This document shows, piece after piece, positions 47,269-55,993 of a stretch of DNA of 64,000 nucleotides. The stretch is from Flavobacteriaceae bacterium (GTDB lineage: Bacteria; Bacteroidota; Bacteroidia; Flavobacteriales; Flavobacteriaceae). How positions within the stretch are numbered: position 1 is the first letter of the stretch; the number at the start of each line of letters is the position of its first letter. The notes under the pieces are model-generated. The model did not search any database, was not told the DNA's origin, and saw only the letters and a list, made by a program, of their open reading frames with translations. The stretch spans positions 3,143 through 67,142 of the forward strand of contig CBFHJN010000002.1 of NCBI GenBank assembly GCA_965655805.1, read 5' to 3'. Made by a program: the position numbers and the translations under genes.

Positions 47269-48483
47269 ATGTTAGATTGGAATAAAATAAGAAAAGACTT
47301 TCCCATACTTTCCCGTAAAGTAAATGGAAAACCGCTAGTATACCTAGATAACGCAGCCACATCACAAACACCTCAACAGGTTATTGATGTTATTGTGGAT
47401 TATTATAGTAAATACAACGCCAATATTCATAGAGGCGTTCATACCTTAAGTCAAGAAGCCACAGATAAATACGAAGCTGCCAGACATACCATTCAAAAAC
47501 ACGTTAATGCCAAACATGCACATGAAATTATCATGACAGCAGGAACAACGCATGGTATTAATTTGGTTGCCAATGGCTTTTCGACTTTATTAAAAAAAGG
47601 TGATGAAATTTTAGTTTCAGCTTTGGAACATCATAGTAATATTGTGCCTTGGCAAATGCTTTGTGAACGAACTGGAGCAACCTTAAAAGTGATTCCTATG
47701 AATTTGGATGGCGAATTAATCATGTCCGATTATGATCAATTGCTTTCCGAAAAAACCAAACTCGTTTTTGTTAATCATATCTCAAACGCATTAGGAACTA
47801 TTAATCCTATTGCCGAAATGATAACGAAAGCACATCAAGTTGGTGCAGCTGTTTTGGTGGATGGTGCACAAGCTTGTCCGCATATCAAACCAGATATGCA
47901 AGCTTTGGATGTGGACTTTTACGTAACATCGGCTCATAAAATGTGTGGTCCAACAGGTGTAGGAATGCTCTACGGAAAAGAATCCTGGCTCAACAAATTA
48001 CCACCTTATCAAGGTGGTGGCGAAATGATTGCTGAAGTCAGTTTTGAAAAAACGACTTATGCGGATTTGCCGCATAAATTTGAAGCCGGAACACCCAACA
48101 TTTGTGGCGGCATTGCTTTTGGAGCAGCAATCGATTATATGAACAACATTGGTTTTGAAGCCATTGCCAATTATGAACAGGAACTTTTAGAATACGCAAC
48201 CCAAGAGCTATTAAAAATAGACGGCTTGAAAATATATGGCACTGCCAAACATAAAACATCGGTTATTTCCTTTAATTTAGATGGTATTCACCCCTATGAT
48301 GTGGGAACTCTTTTAGATAAAATGGGTATTGCCGTTCGTACAGGTCATCATTGCGCACAACCTATTATGGACTTCTTTAAAATTCCAGGAACTATAAGAG
48401 CATCTTTTGCATTCTATAATACGAAAACTGAAGTAGATGCTTTAGTAGCAGGTGTTAAAAAAGCGCAGATGATGTTATCATAA
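47269..48483 (+). CDS. sufS: Cysteine desulfurase, SufS type
   Basis: YLDNAATSQ, EHHSN, SAHKMCGP, FEAGTP and RTGHHCA. Confidence 0.97.
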   Translation: MLDWNKIRKDFPILSRKVNGKPLVYLDNAATSQTPQQVIDVIVDYYSKYNANIHRGVHTLSQEATDKYEAARHTIQKHVNAKHAHEIIMTAGTTHGINLVANGFSTLLKKGDEILVSALEHHSNIVPWQMLCERTGATLKVIPMNLDGELIMSDYDQLLSEKTKLVFVNHISNALGTINPIAEMITKAHQVGAAVLVDGAQACPHIKPDMQALDVDFYVTSAHKMCGPTGVGMLYGKESWLNKLPPYQGGGEMIAEVSFEKTTYADLPHKFEAGTPNICGGIAFGAAIDYMNNIGFEAIANYEQELLEYATQELLKIDGLKIYGTAKHKTSVISFNLDGIHPYDVGTLLDKMGIAVRTGHHCAQPIMDFFKIPGTIRASFAFYNTKTEVDALVAGVKKAQMMLS

Positions 48484-48496
48484 AAATTTTAAAACT

Positions 48497-48819
48497 ATGA
48501 AATTAGAAAAAATCATTTTTGTTGTTATGTGTATGGTTACTTTTTCCTGTACAAAACCAAATGCTACAATAATGTATATTGCCAATGAGCAGGTAGATTG
48601 TGTTGGTGTTGGACCACAAAAATGCTTACAAATTAAATTTAGTGGTGAGGACGACTGGACTTTTTTTTACGACCGTATAGTCGGTTTTGAATACGAACCT
48701 GGTTTTTCTTATAATTAGAAGTTACTAAATCTAACATCGAAAACTCACCAGCTGATGCTACTTCAGTTAGATATACATTAGTGCACGTTTTAGAAAAATC
48801 TGAAACATTCATCGAATAA
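48497..48819 (+). pseudogene. DUF4377-family lipoprotein with a 1-nt deletion frameshift
   Basis: Lipobox TFSC, VDCVGVGPQKCLQ...GFEYEPGFSY, stop at 48716. The -1 frame from 48715 continues LEVTKSNIENSPADATSVRYTLVHVLEK to TAA 48817-48819, completing the domain. Confidence 0.85.
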
Positions 48820-48875
48820 AATTAAAATCAAAAAAATTTGGCTTCCTTTTTGCAACCACATTAAAAACGACTTTT

Positions 48876-49676
48876 ATGAAATACATCAGTTTATTAATAT
48901 CATGTTTTTTTATAGTTTCTTGCGGAAATGCTAAAAACTCGACTAATTCATACCAACCAGAACCACTTTCTGGAATTTATAAAATTTCGAAGGTTGGAGA
49001 AACAGCATTAAGTTCAGCAGACGTTGTAATAAACTTTGCGATAGAAAAGAATACGGTATCTGGATTCTCTGGCTGTAATCAGTTTTCTGGCAGCTATGAA
49101 TACCAAGGTTCGTCTTTGAATTTTGGACCTTTAGCAAGCACACGAAAAATGTGTCTACCAGAAGCCAACCACCTTGAAAAACAAATTACGACGGCTTTAC
49201 AGAATACCAAACAGTATTCTGAAACTCAAAAAAATATTTTACTTTATAATCAAGAAGGCTCGATAGTAATGACTTTAGAAAAACCACTTAAGTCAGAATC
49301 AGAAACTAAAGTTGGAAACCTTGAGAATTATCAACTTGAATACCTAGCCGTATCACGTGGATCGTTTATAATGATCCGCTTTGAAAACAACAGTTTATCG
49401 TTTCAAAAGGATAGAAATTCGAAACCACAGGTATTGGATTTATCTGAAACTGAAGTGGCATCTTTACATTCCAAAGTAAATAAATTAAACTTAAATACTT
49501 TTACCAGTTTAGAGCCGCCAACCAAAGCACATCAATACGATGGTGCAGCTGGCGCCACATTAAAGCTAACCGAAAATGATGTAACCCATCAAACACCAAC
49601 CTTTGATCATGGAAATCCGCCAAATGCTATTGAAGCACTCGTTTCTGAATTAATAGCACTGTCTGAAAAGCCGTAA
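48876..49676 (+). CDS. META-domain (HslJ-like) lipoprotein with a second C-terminal domain
   Basis: Lipobox IVSC, GFSGCNQFSGSY...FGPLASTRKMC. The C-terminal part carries DGAAGA...TFDHGNPP. Confidence 0.85.
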   Translation: MKYISLLISCFFIVSCGNAKNSTNSYQPEPLSGIYKISKVGETALSSADVVINFAIEKNTVSGFSGCNQFSGSYEYQGSSLNFGPLASTRKMCLPEANHLEKQITTALQNTKQYSETQKNILLYNQEGSIVMTLEKPLKSESETKVGNLENYQLEYLAVSRGSFIMIRFENNSLSFQKDRNSKPQVLDLSETEVASLHSKVNKLNLNTFTSLEPPTKAHQYDGAAGATLKLTENDVTHQTPTFDHGNPPNAIEALVSELIALSEKP

Positions 49677-49703
49677 ATAATTGAATAGAAGTATTAGTTA
49701 TTG

Positions 49704-49711
49704 TATTTTTG
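49704..49711 (+). promoter_or_regulatory. -7 element (TATTTTTG) of sufE-sufT-DUF2480
   Basis: Exact motif. The track TTG start at 49709 lies inside it. Confidence 0.6.
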
Positions 49712-49720
49712 TGTAAAATT

Positions 49721-50149
49721 ATGACGATGCAAATTGAAGATATCCAAAACGAAATTATAGACGAGTTTTCCATGTTTGAAGATTGGGAAGAGCGCTATCA
49801 ATATATGATTGATTTAGGGAAAGAGTTACCCTTAATTGATTCTGCATACAAAACGGATAATAATTTAATAAAAGGCTGCCAAAGCAAAGTGTGGGTACAT
49901 GCCGATTTGATAGAGAATCAGATTGTTTTTACGGCGGATAGTGATGCCATTATAACCAAAGGTATTATTGCTATTTTAATTCGTGCATTTTCAAACCAAA
50001 AACCACAAGATATTATTGATGCTAACACCGATTTTATAGATAAAATTGGATTAAAAGATCATTTATCACCAACACGTGCCAACGGATTGGTTAGCATGAT
50101 TAAACAATTAAAAATGTACGCTATTGCGTATCAAACACAACTAAATTAG
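49721..50149 (+). CDS. sufE: Sulfur acceptor SufE
   Basis: DWEERYQYMIDLGK, IKGCQSKVW, ADSDAIITKG and LSPTRANG. Confidence 0.95.
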   Translation: MTMQIEDIQNEIIDEFSMFEDWEERYQYMIDLGKELPLIDSAYKTDNNLIKGCQSKVWVHADLIENQIVFTADSDAIITKGIIAILIRAFSNQKPQDIIDANTDFIDKIGLKDHLSPTRANGLVSMIKQLKMYAIAYQTQLN

Positions 50150-50223
50150 TTTTGAATTTGTTGTTAGTTTTAGGAAATTTAGACAACTAAACAACAAACA
50201 TCTTAACAAAAAACGATAAGAAA

Positions 50224-50547
50224 ATGAGTGAAACAATAGACACAACAGCTTTAGGTGAACAAATTGTTCGCGTTATAAAAACCATATACGATCCAGAAAT
50301 CCCAGTAGATATTTATGAGTTAGGATTAATTTACGATGTATTCGTTAATGAGGATTATGATGTAAAAATCTTAATGACCTTAACAACTCCTAATTGTCCA
50401 GTTGCTGAAACCTTACCTTTAGAGGTTGAAGAAAAAGTAAAATCTATAGACAATGTAAAGTCTGCAGAAGTTGAAATTACTTTTGATCCACCTTGGAGTC
50501 AGGATTTAATGAGCGAAGAAGCCAAGCTAGAATTGGGCATGCTTTAA
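50224..50547 (+). CDS. sufT: DUF59 Fe-S maturation protein SufT
   Basis: IYDPEIPVDIYELGLIY, LTTPNCP and DPPW. Confidence 0.92.
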   Translation: MSETIDTTALGEQIVRVIKTIYDPEIPVDIYELGLIYDVFVNEDYDVKILMTLTTPNCPVAETLPLEVEEKVKSIDNVKSAEVEITFDPPWSQDLMSEEAKLELGML

Positions 50548-50562
50548 AAAGCACTTAAAACT

Positions 50563-51069
50563 ATGGCAGAAGATATTATAAACCGCGTTTCTAATAGCAA
50601 ACTCGTCTCCTTTGATTTGGAAGATTATTATCCAAAAGGTTCGCGTATGCTTTTAGACATTAAAGATTGGCTTTTTGAAGGCATGGTGCTGCGTGAAAAA
50701 GATTTCAGAGAATCAGTTAAAAATCACGATTGGCAGCAATATCAAGATGCCTATGTCGCAATTCACTGTTCGGCTGATGCTATTATTCCTGCTTGGGCTT
50801 ATATGTTGGTTTCCATTTCTTTAGAATCTATTGCTAAAAAAAGTATTTTAGGTAATTTAGAATTACTTGAAATAAGTTTATATCAAGATATTATTTCAAA
50901 TTTAGATGTTTCTGAATTTAAAGATAAACCCGTAATTGTTAAGGGTTGCTCTAAAAAACCGGTTCCGGAAAATGCTTATCTTATGATTACCAATAAATTA
51001 AAACCTATAGCAAAATCAATTATGTTTGGTGAAGCGTGTTCAAGTGTACCATTATTTAAAAGAAAGTAG
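50563..51069 (+). CDS. DUF2480-family protein
   Basis: EDIINRVSNS.L..FDLE, LREKDFR, CSADAIIPAWAY, KGC and FGEACSSVP. Confidence 0.85.
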   Translation: MAEDIINRVSNSKLVSFDLEDYYPKGSRMLLDIKDWLFEGMVLREKDFRESVKNHDWQQYQDAYVAIHCSADAIIPAWAYMLVSISLESIAKKSILGNLELLEISLYQDIISNLDVSEFKDKPVIVKGCSKKPVPENAYLMITNKLKPIAKSIMFGEACSSVPLFKRK

Positions 51070-51112
51070 TATTTTTGTAACCAAAATAAATACTAATTAA
51101 TCCATAAACCCT

Positions 51113-52057
51113 ATGAAAAGAATATTTACTATTGGTTTAGTGCTGCTTGCGACAGCCACGTTTTCGCAAACAAAAGAAGAACTTAAAGAGCAAAAAGCAG
51201 AGAAACAAGCTGCTGCCGATGCGCTACAAGCTGAAGCTGATGATTTACAAAAACAAATTGACGAATTTCCAGGTTGGAAGTTTGGAGCATTTGGTACAAT
51301 TGGTGCTAGTTTTTCTGAATTCAATAATTGGTATGGGCAAGGAACACCTAACAACTCATCCGCCAATATTAATATTACAGCTAATCCGTTTGCGAAATTA
51401 GATCGTGAAAAGTATTTTTGGTATAACACGGCAAATATTAACTTAAGTTGGATAAAATTTGATGACAAAGACGATCCAACAGACGATGATAGTTTTAGAG
51501 AAGCTAATGATGTGTTTAATGTAACATCACTTTTTGGTTATAAAATAGCTAAAAATTTAGCCGCTTCTACTTTAGCTGAATATCGAACCACCTTAATCAA
51601 TAACTTTAATGATCCAGGTTATTTAGATGTTGGTGTCGGTATAACGTGGACACCAATTGACAATTTGGTTGTGGTGGTTCATCCGTTAAACTACAATTTT
51701 GTATTTGCTGATAATGATGCTATTTTCGAATCGTCTTTAGGTGCTAAAGTGGTTGCTAATTATGGTCGTTCTTTCGGTAAGTTAGACTTTAACTCCAACC
51801 TATCAGCCTTTATGAGTTATGAAGACTCTAACCTATCTAACTGGACTTGGATTAATGCCTTAAGCTACAAATTATGGAAAGGTATTGGATTAGGTTTTGA
51901 GTTAGGCTTAAGAGACAACAAACAAGAAGCTGTTAACTTTGCCTATAAAAATTGGGAAGCTGCGTTACCAGCAACTACTGAACCTCAACCAACTTTTGAT
52001 AACGTAGATAACGACTTACAAGTATATTACACGTTTGGTTTGAGCTATGCGTTCTAA
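51113..52057 (+). CDS. DUF3078-family outer-membrane beta-barrel with an N-terminal coiled coil
   Basis: Signal peptide TFS/Q, coiled-coil KEEL...LQKQI, FSEFNNW..QG..N, terminal GLSYAF. Confidence 0.8.
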   Translation: MKRIFTIGLVLLATATFSQTKEELKEQKAEKQAAADALQAEADDLQKQIDEFPGWKFGAFGTIGASFSEFNNWYGQGTPNNSSANINITANPFAKLDREKYFWYNTANINLSWIKFDDKDDPTDDDSFREANDVFNVTSLFGYKIAKNLAASTLAEYRTTLINNFNDPGYLDVGVGITWTPIDNLVVVVHPLNYNFVFADNDAIFESSLGAKVVANYGRSFGKLDFNSNLSAFMSYEDSNLSNWTWINALSYKLWKGIGLGFELGLRDNKQEAVNFAYKNWEAALPATTEPQPTFDNVDNDLQVYYTFGLSYAF

Positions 52058-52076
52058 ATCAGATTAATATTTATTT

Positions 52077-52118
52077 AAAAAGCACCACATTTAGAAATTC
52101 CAAAATGTGGTGCTTTTT
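52077..52118. terminator. Bidirectional intrinsic terminator
   Basis: AAAAAGCACCACATTT...AAATGTGGTGCTTTTT, a perfect 16-bp inverted repeat between convergent genes. Confidence 0.9.
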
Positions 52119-52141
52119 TATTAGTGATATGCGGTTTACGA

Positions 52142-54397
52142 TTAGTCTCCTTTAAATTCTTTATTGTTTTTCTTACGCTTAAAGAGTTTTTTAAAGAAGC
52201 CATCTTCTTTTTCTAACCTACAATCTAAATCGTTTAATACCTCAATGCTTGGTGGTTCAAAGGAACTTTTTGTAATAGAATTGAATTCCGAATCTTCGTT
52301 TAATTTCTGATAAAATTTAGCAAACATGGGCAATGCAGAATTAGCACCTTGCCCTAAACTTGTTGTTTTAAAGCCAATCCCATAATTGTCATTTCCCACC
52401 CAAGTAATCGTAACTAATTTAGGTGTAATGGCCACAAACCAGCCATCTTTATTATCTTGTGTCGTTCCTGTTTTGCCTGCAATAGCGTTTGTCAAGTTGT
52501 AAGTGCTTCGTAATCGTGAAGCTGTTCCATGATTAACGGTGGATTTCATCATTTCCAATAAAACCTGTCTGGTATAATCGCTATAAGCTTGATTTTCTGT
52601 AATTCCAGGTTTAAAATCAACAATCAGATTGCCATTTTTATCTTCAACTTTGGTTATCATATAAGGTTTTACAGCATAACTATCATTTACATAACTGGCA
52701 TAAGCACCTATTAATTCCTTTAAATTTATTTGGGCTACACCTAGTGCTAATGAAGGTTCGGAAGGTAATTCTTTGGTAATCCCCATTTTTTGAACTTGCC
52801 GCTGAACTTTGGAAATCCCAACATCATTTAACACTTTTACCGCAATGGTATTTACAGAATTACTCAAAGCCATTTCCAGATTATAATTAATATCCGTTTT
52901 TTCGTTGGGATCTTGACCTGAATTGGTTGGTGTCCAGTTTTTATAATTGGTATACGTAACGGCATCAATGGAATAATATGAACACGGTTTCATACCATTT
53001 TCAATAGCAGCTGTATAAACAAATGGTTTAAATGTAGAACCTACTTGACGTTCACTTTGCGATACATGATCGTATTTAAAATAGCGGTAATCAATACCTC
53101 CAATATAAGTTTGAATAGCTCCCGTTTTCGGATTTATGGACAACATACCTGTATTTAGAAGTTTGAGATTCTGCTGTAAACTATCTTTATCGGATAACTG
53201 TTTTGTAGTATCACCTTTCCATGTAAACACATTCATATTACGTTTCACAGAGAGTGAATCATGAATAGCAGCTTCCGAAACACCATTCTTTTTTAATCGT
53301 TGATATTCTGGTAAGGCTTGTAGCGCTTTCGTATACACATTCGCATTAAAACTCCAAGGTGCATTTTTGCCATAAGATGCTTCATAGGCGGCTTGTAATT
53401 CCGTTAGATGCTCTTTCATGGCTTCTTCTGCCATAGTTTGCATAGTGGCATTTAACGTTGTGTAGACCTTTAAGCCATCTTTATATATATCATAGGTTTC
53501 ACCATTAGGCTTTTTATAATCTTCCAGAACCTGTTGCAATTGCTGTTTCACCTGCGCTCTAAAATAAGGTGCCAAACCTAAATCGTGATTGAAGGAATGG
53601 TAATCTAAAATAAGTGAGTCGGTTTTTAAATTATTGACTTTTGCTTCTTCTAAATAATCATACTTAACCATTTGATCCAAGACAACATTGCGTCGTGATT
53701 GACTTCTTTTAATTGATTTTCTGGGATTATAATAAGTTGTTGCTTTCAAGGTCCCTATTAAAGTAGCGGCTTCTGGAATGGACAATTGAGTAGCCGATTT
53801 ATTAAAAAACTTCTGTGAAGCGCTTTCAATACCATAGGTATTATCTGAAAATGGAACCGTATTTAAATAAAGCGTTAAAATTTCTTGTTTGGAATAGACA
53901 TCTTCAATGCGTTGTGCAACAATGGATTCTTTAAATTTATTGATGAGCATGCTGAAAAGCGCGTAATCCTTTCTTCCATATAAATTTTTTGCTAATTGCA
54001 AGGTGACGGTACTTCCACCTCCTGCCGATTTATCTTGAAGCAGAAAGCTCTTGAAAAACACACGCAGCAAACTGACATTATCTATACCATCATGCTCGTA
54101 AAAGCGTACATCTTCCGTAGCTACCAAAGCATCGATAAGATGTTTCGGAAAATCTTCATATTCCAATGGTTGTCTATCGTAGATATAATATTTACCAATG
54201 AGTTTCTCGTTTTCATCAAGAACTTCTGTGGCTTCTGCCTGCTTTAAAGTTCCTAATTCCTCATGGGTTGGCAGCTTTCCGAAGAATCCAAAATAAATAC
54301 TGGCATACAGACAAACAAAGAATAAAACGATGGCTGAAATTATTATGAGCGGCCATTTTACCCATGTTTTTTTTAGTAAGACACGTAGTTTATCCAT
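52142..54397 (-). CDS. Class A penicillin-binding protein (PBP1A; transglycosylase-transpeptidase)
   Basis: N-terminal TM, EDVRFYEH, GGSTVTLQLAKN, STFK, SVN and KTGT. Confidence 0.95.
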   Translation of the reverse strand: MDKLRVLLKKTWVKWPLIIISAIVLFFVCLYASIYFGFFGKLPTHEELGTLKQAEATEVLDENEKLIGKYYIYDRQPLEYEDFPKHLIDALVATEDVRFYEHDGIDNVSLLRVFFKSFLLQDKSAGGGSTVTLQLAKNLYGRKDYALFSMLINKFKESIVAQRIEDVYSKQEILTLYLNTVPFSDNTYGIESASQKFFNKSATQLSIPEAATLIGTLKATTYYNPRKSIKRSQSRRNVVLDQMVKYDYLEEAKVNNLKTDSLILDYHSFNHDLGLAPYFRAQVKQQLQQVLEDYKKPNGETYDIYKDGLKVYTTLNATMQTMAEEAMKEHLTELQAAYEASYGKNAPWSFNANVYTKALQALPEYQRLKKNGVSEAAIHDSLSVKRNMNVFTWKGDTTKQLSDKDSLQQNLKLLNTGMLSINPKTGAIQTYIGGIDYRYFKYDHVSQSERQVGSTFKPFVYTAAIENGMKPCSYYSIDAVTYTNYKNWTPTNSGQDPNEKTDINYNLEMALSNSVNTIAVKVLNDVGISKVQRQVQKMGITKELPSEPSLALGVAQINLKELIGAYASYVNDSYAVKPYMITKVEDKNGNLIVDFKPGITENQAYSDYTRQVLLEMMKSTVNHGTASRLRSTYNLTNAIAGKTGTTQDNKDGWFVAITPKLVTITWVGNDNYGIGFKTTSLGQGANSALPMFAKFYQKLNEDSEFNSITKSSFEPPSIEVLNDLDCRLEKEDGFFKKLFKRKKNNKEFKGD

Positions 54398-54457
54398 TGT
54401 TTATGGTAACGTTTGAATCGGCTATTTATGTGAAATTTTATAAATTGAATATTGCTA

Positions 54458-55669
54458 TTATTCCTCCTCGTCGTAATCTGGATATAAAAAGTGATTATAC
54501 GGAAAACGCGTCACATGAATGTCACGAACCTCATCATAAACGCGTTTTTTAAATTCCTTCATATTCTGCTTGTTTAAAGCGGAAATAAATAAGGCATTAT
54601 TACCAACTCGATTCATCCACGTTTTTTGCCATTCCTTTAAAGAGTAATGCACTTCGGTACGTTCTACCTCTAAATCAGTTTCATCATAAGGTTCGGCTTG
54701 ATAAGCATCAATTTTATTAAAAACCATGATGGTTTCTTTATCACCACTACCAATTTCGCCCAAGACTTTATTGACGGACTCAATATGATCTTCAAAATTA
54801 GGATGCGAAATATCTACCACATGCAACAGTAAATCGGCTTCACGAACCTCATCCAAGGTACTTTTAAAACTGTCCACCAATTGGGTTGGTAGCTTTCTAA
54901 TAAATCCTACGGTATCAGTTAATAGGAATGGTAAATTCTGAATCACCACTTTACGAACCGTTGTATCTAAGGTTGCGAATAATTTATTTTCGGCAAACAC
55001 ATCGCTTTTACTAATGGTATTCATTAATGTGGATTTTCCAACGTTGGTATAACCTACTAAAGCTACACGTACCATTTTACCACGATTACCACGTTGAACA
55101 GCCATTTGTTTGTCAATGGTTTTAATTTTATCTTTCAGCAAAGAAATTTTATCCCGAACAATACGTCTATCTGTTTCAATTTCCGTTTCACCAGGTCCAC
55201 GCATACCAATTCCACCTTTTTGGCGTTCCAAGTGCGTCCACATACCTTTAAGTCGCGGTAATAAGTATTCGCATTGTGCCAATTCTACTTGAGTTCTGGC
55301 ATAACTAGTTTGGGCACGTTGGGCAAAAATATCAAGGATTAAATTAGTTCTATCTAAAACCTTACATTCTAAAATTTTACTAATATTGCGTTCTTGAGCA
55401 GCCGATAATTCATCATCAAAAATGGCAGTCCCAATATCGTTATCTGCTATAAATTTACGGACTTCTTCCATTTTACCTTTTCCAATAAAGGTTTTTGGGT
55501 TTGGCATATCCACTTTTTGGGTGAAACGTTTTAAAACTTCACCACCAGCAGTATAGGTTAGAAACTCCAACTCGTCTAAATATTCTTTAGATTTGTCTTC
55601 ATCCTGACTTTTTGTAATAACGCCAATTAATACGGCACGTTCGTGCGTTACATCTATTTTTTCTATCAT
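54458..55669 (-). CDS. hflX: Ribosome-splitting GTPase HflX
   Basis: ILDIFAQRA, GPGETEIE, GYTNVGKS, LFATLD, DTVG and NKID. ATG 55669 lies downstream of the -7 element. Confidence 0.97.
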   Translation of the reverse strand: MIEKIDVTHERAVLIGVITKSQDEDKSKEYLDELEFLTYTAGGEVLKRFTQKVDMPNPKTFIGKGKMEEVRKFIADNDIGTAIFDDELSAAQERNISKILECKVLDRTNLILDIFAQRAQTSYARTQVELAQCEYLLPRLKGMWTHLERQKGGIGMRGPGETEIETDRRIVRDKISLLKDKIKTIDKQMAVQRGNRGKMVRVALVGYTNVGKSTLMNTISKSDVFAENKLFATLDTTVRKVVIQNLPFLLTDTVGFIRKLPTQLVDSFKSTLDEVREADLLLHVVDISHPNFEDHIESVNKVLGEIGSGDKETIMVFNKIDAYQAEPYDETDLEVERTEVHYSLKEWQKTWMNRVGNNALFISALNKQNMKEFKKRVYDEVRDIHVTRFPYNHFLYPDYDEEE

Positions 55670-55683
55670 AAGCTTTAAAAGTA

Positions 55684-55691
55684 CAAAGTTA
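55684..55691 (-). promoter_or_regulatory. -7 element (TAACTTTG) of hflX
   Basis: Exact motif 14 nt upstream of ATG 55669. Confidence 0.65.
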
Positions 55692-55833
55692 AACAATTGT
55701 AGGCGGTTTAATTTTTATATTTTTAACGCGATTGCTGAAATTTTTGAGTGAGATGCAAAAAACAGCCATAAAGAAAGAAGCGGTTATGCCTCATTCTTAA
55801 GAGCTGTTTTTGATCATTATTAAGTCCAATATT

Positions 55834-55992
55834 TTATAAATCCATTTTTTTATTTAAATATTTAATTTTTAAATCAAGATATGTAAATAGTTTTTTAATG
55901 AATTTTATTGTAAAAAACAGTAAAAATATAATTCCGACAAAAATTATTATTTGCCATATAATCATGAATAAATTAATTTCATTTAATTCCAT
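55834..55992 (-). CDS. Unannotated 52-aa single-pass membrane protein (below the track cutoff)
   Basis: Translated by hand: MELNEINLFMIIWQIIIFVGIIFLLFFTIKFIKKLFTYLDLKIKYLNKKMDL*. The ATG is 1 nt after the upstream TAA. One TM helix and a Lys-rich tail. Confidence 0.7.
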   Translation of the reverse strand: MELNEINLFMIIWQIIIFVGIIFLLFFTIKFIKKLFTYLDLKIKYLNKKMDL

Positions 55993-55993
55993 T

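Noticed and set aside
48655-48720. Programmed or phase-variable frameshift at the T8 or T5 runs in the DUF4377 gene
   Set aside because: A -1 shift at either run meets TGA or TAA before 48715, so the lesion must be at 48713-48715.
55718-55725. Orphan plus-strand promoter (TATTTTTA) possibly separated from the EEP gene by the cassette insertion
   Set aside because: It is a non-consensus match in very AT-rich DNA and cannot be told from chance without TSS data or an uninterrupted relative.
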